Positions 48,101 through 62,689 are shown, counted from the stretch's first letter. The stretch is DNA of 64,000 nt from Octopus bimaculoides (GCF_001194135.2 NC_068995.1:15711328-15775327); one strand, 5' to 3'. Notes: generated by a model not told the origin, from the sequence alone. Made by a program: numbers and translations.

Positions 48101-51100
48101 CACACATCATCAGCAAACACCACAAAAAATGCCTGTAAGATACTATCCTCCCAAGAGAAATGAAATTAATAAATACTATTTCAAATGCTACCAAGAAATG
48201 GATTATCCCGATGGTCATATAAGAAAACCAAAGTCAGAACATATGCATACATGTATACAAATTTATGTATAAAATGTTCTAGTGTAACACTTCACTAAAA
48301 ACATCGATCCGCTAAGTGGCAACCGATCTGATAATGTTGTATGGACAAGGAAAAGAAGTTATGCATTGATGTAGAAGCCTCCCATCTAAAGGATGTGAAT
48401 GTATCGTTCAAGATGCACAATCTGGTTCAAACTCAACGAACCTAATACTGTCTCATGGGACAAAAAACAACCGATGTTGTTACAGTAATGGCCGCCGCCA
48501 GAACAGAGAGAATAGGAAAAGATACCGCAGGATATGTTGTCCGTGACTCCGAATTCAGCCATTTTATGTCTGCTGTTGAAAGGTAATGAATGAAAGGTAA
48601 ATTTGTCCTTCAAGGAATATGAAGCCAGAATGCAGAGAGGCGAAGCACGTATTTAGAGGCGTTCTATTTGATGTGCTAACGACTCTGCCAAATTTTCTTC
48701 AAATAACACTGTAGCGTTTTATATAAACAGGAATAAGGCATGTACACCCAGGATAATGTAGCCCTATATACGTTTTAACCTAAGCATATATTTGTTGCAA
48801 CTTGGACCAAAATGAAAATTTGTTGGTGATAGATATAATAAAGTGCAGTGATCTCATAAGTAAGTCGGTGTTTATTTTAACAACTCTGCGCATGACTCAG
48901 CGGTTAGAGTTCGATTCCTGGACGGAAGCAGGGTGTAGTCGTTTAAATCGAGCACAGTTACTAACTGTTGTATATTTTATCAATCGCTAAAGAAAGAAAG
49001 GTTAAGTTGACCTTGGTAGGGTTTGAACTCAGAACTCAATATATAAGTAAATCCCACAAAGTATTTAGTTATGACACGATACTGCAGTTGTTAAGCTTCT
49101 AAAATATTCTGACTTTAGCACAAGATCATACAATGAAGGTATAGGAATTGTAAGTTATATAAAATGTAATGCTTGATTGATATTTTATTTATTTCATCAT
49201 GACTCTTGGAAGGTTGAAAGACAATGTTGATCTCGTCGGGATTTAAACTAAGAGCGTAAAGGCACACAACTAATTGCATACAACTAAATACTGCAAATCA
49301 TTTGTACAAGTCAATTGCCTTAGTGTGGTCTATGTTTGGCCCAATATCAGGAGGCTAGCGTTGGTCAACGCTAACCATGCATCTGTGTATGTTTGTGCAA
49401 CCCCGGCAAGATTTTTTGAAGAAGACTGGCTGTTACCCATTCAAGTGAGTATTCCCTCTCTACAACAAGGAAAGGCAAGGCCGCCGACTTTGGCCAATAC
49501 AACTTCGAAACTGTGTCTCTGGCATTCCTGTCAGAATACAAAAAACTGAAACAGGCACTGCTAGATATCTTACTCGAAAGTTTGCCAAACTATCTCCCTG
49601 GATTTGTACGTTTTTCTTCACCCCGGGAGGATGAAAGTTAACGTTGACCTTGCTAGAATTTGAACTCAGAGAGTAGAAAGTTGGAAAAAAATATCGCTAT
49701 CTATTCTAACGACATTGATAATTCACTACCTCATTAGAAGAGTAGTCATTCGCAGGAAAAAAAGCATCTCCGTCTGATCCAACTCCGGCAAACCTATTAT
49801 TATCATCAATCCCTGATACATAAAAAGGCAACGCTGAGACTTAAAACTAGAATGTAATATGACGTAACTGTGTGAGATATTTATCTTTTCGAATACTGTA
49901 CCATTTTCACCCTCGAAGTACACAACTTCTACATATTCATATTTTATGAACTTCTAAATAAAAATAGGTTCGACATTTGTAGGAATTGAATTCTCACTGC
50001 CCTAAGTCTTAAAGAAAGACCATAGGATAGGTATCTGCTCTGACATTCTTGGTTTGTTTGCTTATAGCCAGCCGCTTGAAAATGATATTTTTTTTTCAAC
50101 TATAAACACAAGGACTCAAATTTGAGGGAAAACGTATGCCTAATAAATCTTACCCAGTACCCTATTCTCCAAATCAAAGTTACGATTCTCCAGATCCACC
50201 GCCCTTTATATCTCTTACGTTGGTAAAAGGCCAGAGAGTTGGTGTCGTGAAGTCTGCAGTCGATTGCACAGATCTTAGAGCTTGACCTGTACTTTATCGA
50301 GTGTGTATGTGGCAAATATGGGCAAGATTCGAACCTAGAACACAGAGGACCGTAACTAAATACTGTAAATTATTTTGTCTGATGCTCTAACAATTCTAGC
50401 AACTCATTACCCCGAGAAAATAAAATAATATCGATATTATTGCCACCATGATCCATCCTTTCGCACAAATAACAACACGAACAGGTGTTACAAGATATGG
50501 AAGGATAAACGAAGCCAAATTATAAAAAAAATAAAAGCAAGTGTGAGAATACTATAATCCATTGACATTTTTTTAATGAAATTATACTAAATAAATACCT
50601 CTTTAAGCAGAAATATAATTGAAAGATATATGATTTAATGAAAACGCACAACTTCCTGAGTCAGATCAGGCTTGCTACAGAAGTCTCAACGTCTTTATCT
50701 TCCTCCTTGTTACAGAAATTCCCTCGATCAAAGAGGATTTCTGGTAGATATCCAACATTGAACCACGTGCAGAACATTTAAAAGCGGATATAGCGGATTA
50801 TATCGACTGATGCTTATGTTATCGGACAAGAAAAGATGAAACAGTGAGTTAACTGGGGTAGGATTTGAACTCATTACATACAGTGAAGTGGCTAAATACT
50901 TGCAGCGATGTTGACTGGCACCCTTGTACATGTATCATACCATCGACTATACAATGTTCTCAATAAAGATCCTAAATAGAGGGACAGGATCATATATTAT
51001 TATAGGGTGGTGTACAATCATGGTAGAATTTGGTAAGAATGAAAAATAGAATTTGCCTGAAGATCTCGTCTTAGAATGTAATAAGACGTATCCGTACATC

Positions 51101-51689
51101 GCAACACATTTTGTCCAGCGCTCTGCTGTTTCTGCTACAATTTCTGATAGAAGCACAAGGTCATATGTTTTTGGAGGCAAGCGTAGTCAATTTAACAAAT
51201 CTTCCACTTTTCTGTTTATCGACCAAAGTAGCAAACTAGACCCAGTGGAATTTGAACTCAAATTGTAAAAACGTAATTAAATGTCCTAGGAATATTTTCC
51301 AGCACACTATCGTTTCTCCAATTCCACCAAAATAATATATCACTTCTATCTTATGAAGGAGGGGTATTTTTGACTTAAACGCCAGCAGTACATGACTGGT
51401 ATTTATTTTATCGATTCCGGAGTGATGAATAGAAATTTATCATGTCAATAGACATAGCTATAAAAATAATACTGATGTCTTACATTGGCACAAAGCTTTA
51501 AATTTGGGGGGGGGGACGGGTATTGTTGATTAGATATGCCTCAGTATGTGACTGCAACTTTAATAGACACCGGAAAGGTGAAAAGCAAAAATGACTCGGG
51601 TGGAATTTGAACACAGAACGCAAAGCGACATAGTTTTAAAAAATACTACGAACAAGACTCGTAGTAATTTTAATTGGAAGTGTTATTGT

Positions 51690-51905
51690 GGTTATTGGTT
51701 TCAAATTTTAGCAAAAGGCCAGCAATTTCGGGGAGGAGGTAAGTAGATTACATCGATCCCTGTGGTCAACTGGTACTTATTTGATCGACTCTGGAAGGCT
51801 GAAAGGCAACGTCGACCGTAGCGGAATTTGAACTCAGAATATTAAGACGGACGAAATGTCGCTAAGTAGTTTGGCCGGCGTGTTGACACTTGCCCGCTCA
51901 CCGCT
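51690..51905 (-). mobile_element. SINE family 1 copy (further minus-strand fragments at ~48960, 49200, 49615, 50850, 51200, 51500)
   Basis: Reverse-complement consensus match. Confidence 0.85.
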
Positions 51906-53093
51906 TTACGTTCTATAGTTATGGCCTTGTCACATGAAGGCCTTCACTGAGCAAATTATGATAACAGGATTTCAGGTCGTGGCTTTTTTGTCAGTTTGCA
52001 AAGTATAGTCTATGTAAGACAACGTCATCCCATGTAAGCCCTATTTTTTTTTTTAAGAACCCGTGTGATTTGAAGGACATTTGGCTGATGTTTCTAACCG
52101 GCTGCATAGCAGCGTAGAAGTTGCTGAAATGCAGTTGACAGAGATAAAATTTTCCTGAAATTAATAATATTCATATACGAAAGTGAAATAATTTATAAGT
52201 ATTCTAAATCAATTTCTGCTATTTTCAAATAATAATTTTTCAATCAATACTTACTCAATAATATAAAATATTTCAATAACCATACGTGCAAGTACACCTT
52301 GATTATTATGCATTTACTAAATTAGAGGATTTTCTCCCAAACTCAAAGACGAAGTTAGAAGACAAGTATTTTGAAAAGAAAAAAAATTAAAATATCACAT
52401 AAAAATACTTACTTAATAAAGCAGGATATTTTAAATACTCTTCATTTTGAAGTGTTTAATAATTAATTAAGAACTTAATTTGTTTCTAGCTTGGTGGAAG
52501 CAAGTAGAAATTCAAATATGTTTAGATGTCGCCTGCCTATTTTTTATGTTCAGATGTGTAGTGACTGTGTGTGTTTACATATATAATGTCTCTTTATTTA
52601 TGTGCATCTATTTATTTACATGCAAATCATGTAAGCGAGAGGGACATGCAGTTTTCTAATTTTAAAAAAAAAAAACAACGTATGAACATAATGCATAAAA
52701 ATATGTTAGAAGAAAATGTTTAGTGCATATACACCTCTATAGTTTTATATATGTTTTTCTATTCAAGTTTTGATATGTTTAACATTTACATGAGAATCAA
52801 CGACATTTATTAAAAACAGTGTAGGTTGATGGAAAGTATAGATACGTTACAAACCTTTGCAGACGTTAGTCCCGAAAGCAGTAAGACACTTAAGTACAAC
52901 CACATAGCAGTAAGGAGTGAATGTGGAGGAGAATAATTTTGTTTGCTAGCACTAAACTGAGTGATCCTGTAGAGTTGAATATTTTTTTCTTCTTTCTCCT
53001 TCTAATACTTAGCTACCCACCAATGATATCATTACCAGTTACATTCTCTTGCGTCCTCTCTCCCCTCCAGTGCACACACAAACTCTCACACAC

Positions 53094-53170
<77 letters not shown>

Positions 53171-53173
53171 CGC

Positions 53174-53211
<38 letters not shown>

Positions 53212-54181
53212 CTTGTGACTGGTTGATGTTGCGCTCGACATTTAAATCTGATTATCACTTTTATTCTTTTCGTCAATGATAAATACCTCTGTTTACCGTT
53301 CCCGTTTCATTAACTGCCGCACCCATGAGTTCGATTCTATCTCCCGCTTTTTCCCTTCTTTCTTTTTTTTTTCTAAAGCCCGTACTTGGAAAACAGCTGA
53401 CTAAATGTTTATGCGTTAATGTGTTGTACCATTGTCGGTACATGAAGGAAAGGAAGGGGTGGGGCTAGAGAGTGCTACAGCAAGCGACAAAGCTTTGCTC
53501 TGTACTATATAAAACTGTACAAGTTTGTAGTGACATAGCTACGGATTTGTGTGAAGGGGGTTCTCCGCTCGATGATGCAAACGAAATAATTTTTCAGCTT
53601 ATGTTTTGACACTTTCTTTACGAACAACAATGTTGATAAGTAAAATTTCGCAAGGTGATAGTTAGCCTCTCTGTAAACGAGAGGCAGATTCCTGGCGAAC
53701 TGAGAATCTGTGATGCGGTTTCAATTCTCAGCTAAGTGTTTACATTTTCATCTTCGTTTTTAATACACTGAAGAAGGTATGAATGTCACAAAGTTCTATT
53801 TTCCAATTGGTCGATGACAAACACTTTGGTTGTTCTCAACAAAGTACCACTATGTTTTTGTCTTGAGGGTCACTGAGTTGGTAGATTTGAAGGGAGCCAG
53901 GTTCTTAGTATTTACTATGAGTTCCAATCCTTTTGTCTAGTCAAATGAAACTAAATGATGAAAGCCTACGAAGGAGACTTAACACATCATTGATGGAAAT
54001 CCTGCAAATAGCTGTCTAACCTATCTAAATTACACTATGCTAGCTCCAATAAAGAAAGGGGTATTTATCTGAAATACGCTCTCGGGGTAGTATTAAATAT
54101 ATATAACCATCTATGTATCATTATTTACACACCGTTGACAGGCAAATTACATAGGTTTTCGTCCGAGACAAAACCTATCTA

Positions 54182-54261
<80 letters not shown>

Positions 54262-54426
54262 TAGTTATCGCCAAGCTAATATCAGTTCAGGAAAATAGGA
54301 CGAATGCTGCCGTTGATTAGCTCCAAGAGTCCATCGCCTCCAGCTAGCTATATGACACACAAACCTGTGTCCACTATAACCTTCAAACCATTCTCATTCA
54401 TTTGTGATTTTATCTTTTTCCTCCCC

Positions 54427-56075
54427 ATGGCTCCTAAGAAAAGTCATAGTGAAGGTGCTAACCGTCATCCTATAACGCTGGAAGATAAGTTGGCTATGAT
54501 AAAATGCTATAAAAAAGGTGAAAGCATGACAGCAATTGTGCGATCTTTTGGGATGAGTCGGACAACTGTATCAACGATTGTACATCATAAGGACAAGATT
54601 TTAGCACATATCAAATCTGAAGCTCCAGGGATGAAGAAAACTCATTAAGAAAAGAGGCAAAATCTTTGAAGAAATGGAAAGTCTTCTTTCTCTTTGGATT
54701 GTTAGGTTGAATAGTCAGCGTGCCACTATTAGTCAAGAAAACCTTCAAGAGAAAGCGTTGTCTTTGGATATTTTTTCTTCAGGTCCTCAAACAGATTAGA
54801 AAAATGTAGAGTTCAAAGAAAGTCAAGGATGGTTCATGAGATTTAATGAGCGAAGTTATCACACCATTAAGATGCAAGGTGAAAGTGCATCAGCTGACGA
54901 AAAAGCAGCAGCGGAATTTCTTAATTCCTTAAAGAAAATGAGTTTCTTCCCGAACAGATTTTTAACGTAGACGAATCTGGATTGCATAAGAAAGAATTGC
55001 CTGACCGCTCATTCGTTTCCAAAGAGAAGAAAACTATTCCCCGCTACAAGGTCTCAAAAGAACGTGTGACCATTATGTTGGGAGATAATTGTACAGGAGA
55101 TTTTAAGTTAAAACAATTGCTTGTGTATCATGTACACAACTCCCGTGCCCTGAAAAACACACCCAAGGCATCTCTCCCTGTTATATGGATGGCTAATTCA
55201 AAAGCATTATTATTGTTTTTGAAGATTGGTTTTTCAATGATTTATCCCAGCAGCAGAGAAGAAGAAGGGAATTCCTTTTAAGGTTTTACTTATCTTAGAT
55301 AATGCTCCTGGCCACTCGCAAAACATCGTAGATTTTGACCCCAATATTACCGTCGTATACATTCCTCCAAACAACACGTCTCTTCTGCAGCCAATCGATC
55401 AGGAAATAATTGCTATCTTCAAGCGTTACTATATGAAGCTTACGCTTCGGCAACTGATCTTGATGAGTCCATCACACTTCGTGACTTTTGAAGGAGATAC
55501 GATATCTACAAGGCTGTACAGAACATAGTAGCGACATAGAATAATGTACAGAGCACAACTATGAATTATGTATGGTCGAAGCTTTGCCCGCAATTCGGGA
55601 ATGATTTTAAGGGGTTTGATAATGTTGCCATCAACAAAACGTTGGTGACTACGAGCAAAGAACTGGAAATGGATTTGGAGGAGGATGATTTCACTGATTT
55701 GTTTGAAAAAGACAAACACCCCTTGACGAACGAGGATTTCACAGAGCTTCACGAGCAGCAGAATAAATAAGAAGAGGAAGTCGAACCTGAGCCACGTCAA
55801 TTCACCATTAAAAAATACAGCAAGCATTTGGATATATCGAAAAAGGTCTTCCTATATTCGAGAATATGGGTCCAAAGGCTCAACGCTTTTCCAAGATTAT
55901 GGGGCCTTGTCACGAAGCTTTTGCTCCTTATAATGTAATCCTTGGGGAAAAGAAGAAGACAGTTCAAGGAACTCTCAATCGGTTTTTTAAGCGCATCGAA
56001 CAAGAACAGCCAGAGTCAGCTGTTGATGTTAACGATGCACAGCCATCTACATCCGCGATGGAAACCACCAAGTTG
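54427..56075 (+). pseudogene. Tigger/pogo-family DD32D transposase pseudogene (TIGD1-like), near full length
   Basis: MAPKK..ITLEDKLAMIK..GES..AIVRSFGMSRTTVSTI (CENP-B HTH); FKESQGWFMRF..QGESASAD; IFNVDESG (D at 54970); LILDNAPGH (D at 55298); LLQPIDQ (D at 55397, 32 residues after the second D); VWSKLCPQF; KKK..Q..L..FFK. Several frameshifts and TGG>TGA/TAG stops. Confidence 0.95.
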
Positions 56076-56126
56076 TATGTACGTATTGGTAAATTTAAAA
56101 TAATTTATTTCTTTTTCTATTGCAAA

Positions 56127-56560
56127 NNNNNNNNNNNNNNNNNNNNNNNNNNNNNNNNNNNNNNNNNNNNNNNNNNNNNNNNNNNNNNNNNNNNNNNNNN
56201 NNNNNNNNNNNNNNNNNNNNNNNNNNNNNNNNNNNNNNNNNNNNNNNNNNNNNNNNNNNNNNNNNNNNNNNNNNNNNNNNNNNNNNNNNNNNNNNNNNNN
56301 NNNNNNNNNNNNNNNNNNNNNNNNNNNNNNNNNNNNNNNNNNNNNNNNNNNNNNNNNNNNNNNNNNNNNNNNNNNNNNNNNNNNNNNNNNNNNNNNNNNN
56401 NNNNNNNNNNNNNNNNNNNNNNNNNNNNNNNNNNNNNNNNNNNNNNNNNNNNNNNNNNNNNNNNNNNNNNNNNNNNNNNNNNNNNNNNNNNNNNNNNNNN
56501 NNNNNNNNNNNNNNNNNNNNNNNNNNNNNNNNNNNNNNNNNNNNNNNNNNNNNNNNNNNN
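56127..56560. other. Assembly gap covering the probable Tigger 3' end
   Basis: Ns. Confidence 1.
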
Positions 56561-56799
56561 ATGTATTTATTTTCTCTAAGTTAATAATTAACTCGGACAA
56601 AATAAATTGGTTAATAGACACCAGGGTAGCAAAGATCACAAAATGACTGTGGTGTAACTCCTGTTTATGAGGTAGAAACTCCTTGTTATTTTGGGTACTT
56701 GAGTAAATATATAAATTTAGTAAATGGATTAAATGGAGTAAGTATGTTGGAAATAAAAGAATTCATTTAAAATATGCGTTTTACTCCATTTACTAAATT

Positions 56800-56834
<35 letters not shown>

Positions 56835-57035
56835 CTTTGTGTCTATGTTTATCCCCCACCATCGCTTGACAACCGATGTTTTTGTGTTTTCGTCCCTGTA
56901 ACTTAGCGGTTCGGCAAAATAGCCTGATAGAATTAGTATCAGGCTAACAAAGAATAAGTCCTTTAAGGCGGTGCTCCAGAAATGCTGTAGTCAAATGACT
57001 GAAATATGTAAAAGAATAAAAGAGAAATATTGCAA
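56800..57035 (+). mobile_element. SINE family 3 3' half
   Basis: CGCTTGACAACCGATG..CTTAGCGGTTCGGCAAAA..AAGGCGGTGCTCCAG. Confidence 0.85.
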
Positions 57036-57494
57036 TGTACTGAAAGAAGCATTTCTTGAATATGTGGGTGGCTGTCTTCCACCTCAAAATGTTAGCGAGT
57101 ACTTTCGGGTGCACGAGACTGCAGTGCTTGCGACAACAGGCGGGTAGAGACGTAGGGTGTTCTAACCTGACCTACACAGTTATTCCTCACCCGTATATGG
57201 AAGAAAACATTAACTGCTTTTTCGTGTTTTATTTATTAATTAAACAACATCTTGTGTTAATTATTGGGTATTTCCATTATACTGATTTCATATTTTTCCA
57301 TGTAATTACAAGACCGTTCTTATACATTTTGAACTTGTCTCCATTTCAACTATATGATGTATTTCACCTTCCCCTTCCTCGTCATAAAATTCGTTTGTCC
57401 CGCCCCACAAGTCTCCGGTTCAACGGATATTGTATTTCATTGTATTTCTTCGAATTCTTTATAATAAATAAAATATTATTATTATTATTATTAT

Positions 57495-57800
57495 GACGGC
57501 GAGCTGGCAAAATTGTTAGCACGCGTGGCAAATTGCTTAGAGGGCATTTCGTCTGTCTTCACTTTCTTAGTTCAAATTCCGCCGAGGAATTTCATGCTTT
57601 GTGCCTATAATAGAAAGGATTATTATTATTGGTGTTGTTGTTGTAGCCGTTATTCTTTCCGAGTTCAAATTCCGTCGAGGTCAACTTTCCCTATTATCCT
57701 TTCGGAGTCGATAAATTAAGTACGAGTTAAACACTGGGGGGCGAACAAATCGACTAGCTTCCTCCCCCAGAAATTTCAGGCCGTGTGACTATAGTAGAAC
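57495..57800 (+). mobile_element. SINE family 1 copy with partial internal duplication
   Basis: Two GAGTTCAAATTCCG.CGAGG blocks separated by an inserted tract. Confidence 0.8.
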
Positions 57801-58199
57801 TTTGAAAATTTAATGGCATGCATTACATTTTCTAAATTTAAAATGACTACCACCAACAATTATGTGACAAGATTGAACACTACCGTAGCAAAAACAACAC
57901 ACTATAACACAAAACACAACTGAATGTTCAAGTGGAAGAACAAGATGAAAAATTTAGGGAACAATTGAAGAGTATGCCCCCAAACACACATATGAAGACA
58001 GCAGCAATAGTAACAGCAGCAGCAGTAGTGAAATTTAAACGTTTTCAAATACTGAGGTATGTTTATATAGCAGTCGTGAGAAGGTAAACACTTCTTTGAT
58101 ACAAAATGAACATGAATTTTTTTAGTTTTATCACAGATATCAGAAAATATTTAGCTGCGGAAATTTCGTAAAAGCGAACATCATTTCTTTATTGCAGGA

Positions 58200-58600
58200 A
58201 TTAATCCCAGAGTGGGCAAAGGGAACAAGTAAATAACTACAGTTACCAAAAGATGGAAGCGGACTAAATCTTCCCTCACGTCATGGACGTACTGGAAGTC
58301 CCTACATTAGAAAAAAAGCAAAAGCCATAACGCTATTTGCCGTACCATTAAAGCTGAGGACGAAGTTAAAACACTGGATGATATTTTGAGACATAGCTCT
58401 GACTATACTTTTGTGCTCCAATATATGGGTCGAAGAAACACCAGAATGTTAATAAGAGACATCGAAAACAACGTAGATCCTTGCTACTACTAATATATCT
58501 ATCGCACTATGGGTTAGTAGACAAATCAGGTTAAGAAAATGTAACATGTGACCAAGGGGTATCAGAATGGATTTATGAGTCCTAATGACACCCAAAGGCT
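58200..58600 (+). mobile_element. Possible R4-like restriction-endonuclease-domain remnant
   Basis: AEDEVKTL..RHSSDY..MLIRDI..NV weakly resembles EN..VKILWD..RPDI..CxIIDI. Confidence 0.25.
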
Positions 58601-58954
58601 ACAGAGCTATACAATAACTGTTCCAAGCAGAAGGTACCGAGATAATGTGTATAGCATAAATGATTCATTAATGATACAACCTTTTAGCTAGGTTTGTCGA
58701 AAAACAAACATACCTTAGAGATGAATACCCTACTAGCATTTATTTTATGCGTTAGATTTGTAGGGAAAGTTTTCGCTGATATTTGCTGCAACTGGCAGCA
58801 GACTGGGAGTATTCTCTATTCTGTGAATAGAGGAGCGGGGGCAATACTAAGAAAAGGCCCAAACCAGGGGATCAAATGGTAATTTCCGGATTCTACCTCT
58901 TCTAAGCGCAGATTTCATAATGTTGGTCATGGTGTTAGCCGAGAGGTCAAACCT

Positions 58955-59045
58955 GTCTATTGTGGTGGAGTGACAGAATCGTTAGACCATCAAACGGGAT
59001 ACCGTTTGATATTTATTCCATTGCTTTGCGCTCTGCTTTCATCGA
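58955..59045 (+). mobile_element. SINE family 1 5' fragment nested in the Tx1 RT
   Basis: GGTGGAGTGACAGAATCGTTAG.. interrupts the RT between LAER and the AQTC motif. Confidence 0.55.
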
Positions 59046-60169
59046 TCGTGTGACGGGTGGTGCGCAAACATGCGCCACCATCCCCAACAGTTTTAGTAAC
59101 GACAACCTCCACCTCATACGATACATCATTGAGAAAGTTGGGAAGAAACGTGGAATGGGGCAGAACCCTGGACACCTTAGATCAACCTAAAGCTTTCGAT
59201 AGAGTCGACTACCAATACTTAGTGGCTGTTTTTACGCCAGACAGCTTCAGTCACGTCTTCTACATTTAGATCGCAAAAATATAAAACCACACAGCATCCT
59301 TTGCTCGGCCTTTCAAGACCTCTGTCGTCTCTTTGGTATGCACTGACATTTGAGCCACTACTTCAAAAACTAGAGACTTTGAAGGGCATCTTACGAGAAC
59401 TAGGTTGAGGAAGATCAGTGTCAACACACGCGCACGACTTCATCGTCGTAGTGTCAGGTTCCAGGTACATGGAGGTAAGCGGTACTGCTTTAAGTAATTA
59501 GGAAGCTGTGACTGCAGCAGCAATCAAACAAGAAAAGTAAGTGAGCCTGCAGCTAGGACAAGTCTACGCCGCCCAATAACGACATGGGACGCTGGACAGA
59601 CTGGTTAAATTACTCAGTGACTAGTGCGGTTCATATATCCAAGTGGAAAAGACCTGGGATGAGGTAACAAGCGGAGTAGCTACTGTCATCCAGAAATAGG
59701 CCGAAAGAAAGTATCCCTGAAGTGTTAGACAAAGTTGCAAACTTTTGCGTCGCTTCCATCAAATATTATCGCCTGACCTTCGTGCCCTTCACGAACATCT
59801 CCTCTTCCACTTTCTGTAGAAAGGATGCGTTCCACTGCTCAGAAGCTTCATTTGTTTTTAAATTCCGCTGAAAAGAGGACTTGAATATTCCATGGCTGAG
59901 GGTGCGCAGATATTCGCTGAGGCTGCAATATTTCCAGCAATTCGTTAGCGGTGAAGTGTGATTACCATTTGTCAGATGTACTTTACCTCAGCTCGTCTCT
60001 TTGATGGTGCTGCAGCCTTGGATAAATCATAGATTGAAGTGGAGTACCTACATCTAGCATCTCATTCAGCGCTTACAGTCTACTACCAGTCGGACAATGT
60101 CGTCGAGTGAATTTCTATTTTGGTGTTTTATTATTTAAAAGATGAAAGCTGAGAATGAAGAAAGAATTT

Positions 60170-60395
60170 TGAGCTAGTAGGCTTTGAGGTAATAAGTTTG
60201 CTACTCAACCTCACGTTTCCGGGTTCAGTCCCACTGCGTGACACAATGGGAAAATGTCTAAACTATAGCCTCAGGCCGACCGAAATCTTGTGAGTAAATT
60301 TGGTTGACGGAAACTGAAAGGAGCCTTTCGGATATGCATATGTGCGCAGCATGTGCGCGCGTTTGTATGCCACCACTGATTGACAACCGGTTTAG
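60170..60395 (+). mobile_element. SINE family 3 5' part nested in Tx1
   Basis: CCGGGTTCAGTCCCACTGCGTG..CTATAGCCTCAGGCCGACC..GACGGAAACTGAAAG. Confidence 0.8.
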
Positions 60396-62473
60396 TTAAT
60401 GCAGAGCAAGATCGACGATGTTCTCGAGGAAGAACTTAGGCGTTGATGAAAATCAATTGTCTAGTGCATTTCGGAGGATATTTGCGCCGGCGCCCGAGGA
60501 TAAGTTTCTGATAGCATTTACACAGGCACGCAAGTACCGTCACCCGCGTCTGTAGAGCAACGACACAGCCACTCTTAGAGTATGGGGACAGATTTCCGAC
60601 TTTCTGGGTTCAAACATCACTGGGATGCCTATCGTCCACTTGGGGTTCATAATTAGAATAGTCTTATTCAAGGTCGATTCTTCTGCCTATCTGTCTGTCT
60701 TTCTAAAAGAAATTGGTTGTGTTCAAATCTGATAAAAAATTACTGTATGTTTCGACTTTGCCCCTATGATTCCATTTCAATGACGAGGGACTAAGGTAAC
60801 TCATATGAGAGAAAACACCTGCAAAGAATATTTTGAATGCTTATGCATTTATTGTATCATAGCCGCTAAAATGTATTGCAACTGTTTGTTGTTTATTAAA
60901 GAAAGTAATTACTTCAACTTAATTTTAAGAGTATATGTAAAGACTATTACTTAATCAGCTAAACTTCGTTCGATATACTACTTATGTGTTAGGGTAAATG
61001 ACAGAATTCAGAATATAATTGAACGTCAGCTGCAAAACGTATTTCGAGAACAAAATTGCTTCACGCTTCACAATTTCTGTGTGATGATGGTGGGCAGGTT
61101 GAAAACGAACGATCTGAGGAATAAATCGATTTAAAAACGTGATAAATTCTTTCACTTTTCATTTCCACAGACTAATTCTGCAATATATAGAATTAAATTT
61201 AGCTACTTCAAATTTCGCCACGATAGTGAAGTTTATGAAATAGGAATAAGTGATATTTCACTAAAGCAAAACAAACGAATTTAATGTTCTATTAGAAGAT
61301 AAAAACGGAATAGAACCGAGATACGAATCCAATTTGGCGAACCATATCTTTAGGAACATATCTCTTGCAATTTCAAAGTTCTCTGCAGCCTTAATATATA
61401 ATTAACAAATGTTATGTTAGTTTGTAGTGCTTAACTTACATTTTCATAAAAGTCAGGGTTGCAACAGGACTTTCATATTGTGATCCTGGTCTCTAGTAAT
61501 ATTATCCTTATTACGCGGAAAACAGACTTGGAATGAATCGTTAAAAGCAAGAGTAATTTTAGCTTGGCATTGTATTTTTTTTTATATATATATTTTCTCC
61601 ATTGTTAACTATTCGTTTTCCATCATGTGGTATCAGTTACAAACATATTCACTAAAACCCTTTTCTTAAACCCTGCTTCGTATTTTGATATTTCAACTAT
61701 TATCTTCCTACTCCTCATCATTACATTCACATGTTTCACATCATGGGTGCGGCTTTACTTTCCACTTATAGGAGTAAAGGAGAGACTCATATGATTAATA
61801 CATGAATGAAAACAATAACAACGGGAGTAGCGTAACGCTGTTATCTAAAATATTAAATTTAAACAGAGAGTCGCAAATAACCGAGTTGATCAGATGTTGG
61901 ATAAGAAACGAAAAGTTCTATGATTTAGTATTTTGTTATTGGAGTTGCACAGTGTTTCTAACCCAAACAGTATAGTTTTAGTGCCTAGGTTCATTCAGTG
62001 GCGTAACGTTGGATGTGAGTGAGTATGTGTGTGCGCGCAGGGTTGGCTGCGTAGAGAGAGAACCGCACATTGTGGCCACTTTGCATACTCTTGCTTGTTG
62101 AGGTCTGTTTGAACGCATGTTATAATTAAGGAAACGAGTGGTGGCGAATCTGATTGCCGCACAAGGCAGACCAAAACCTACTCTGCGCTGCTGGCCCTTT
62201 TAGCTGTAAATATCAGTTGGAAATAAAATATCACCGTTGTATGCAGCGAAAGCATTTAAAAACAGATGAATGATTCTTAAACTTGAAGTGATCAGTTCAA
62301 ACGGTTCTACTTATTTACTAGGTCGAGGAAGACAGTACTCTCCTTGACGTGTTCTTGATTTACTGTTGATGATATCTTCATTGATAAGGTCCTAGAATGA
62401 TGGAATGCAATTAGTCAAGTTTTAATCCCACCATATTTAAATATGTACGATACAGTTTTATTTAAGATGTTAA

Positions 62474-62689
62474 ACATTGATTTCAAATTTTGGCACAAGG
62501 CCAACAATTTCGGGGGAAGGATAAGTCAATTCTATTGACCCTAGTATTCAAGTGATGCTTATATTATCAACCCCGAAGAGGTGAACGGCAAAGTCGACCT
62601 CGGCAGGATTTGAACTCTGAATGTAAAGACGGGTGAAATGCCGTTAAGCATTTTGGCCAGCGTGCTAACGATTCTCCCAACACGGAGCC
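62474..62689 (-). mobile_element. SINE family 1 copy
   Basis: Consensus match; TSD TTATTTAAGATGTTAA / TTATTTAACATGCTAA. Confidence 0.88.

Larger units (their letters stand above)
58690..60600 (+). mobile_element. Fossil L1/Tx1-clade LINE RT and 3' region, interrupted by SINEs
   Basis: FADICCNWQQTGSI..LRKGPN / NFRILPLLSADF..LAER / AQTCATIP..DNLHLIRYII / LDQPKAFDRVDYQYL / PLSSLWYALTFEPLL..SVSTHAHDF (YADD-like) / FRRIFAP; typical Tx1 motifs. Confidence 0.88.

Noticed and set aside
61996-62007. CAGTGGCGTAAC, resembling a hAT TIR
   Set aside because: No matching inverted copy or TSD found nearby.
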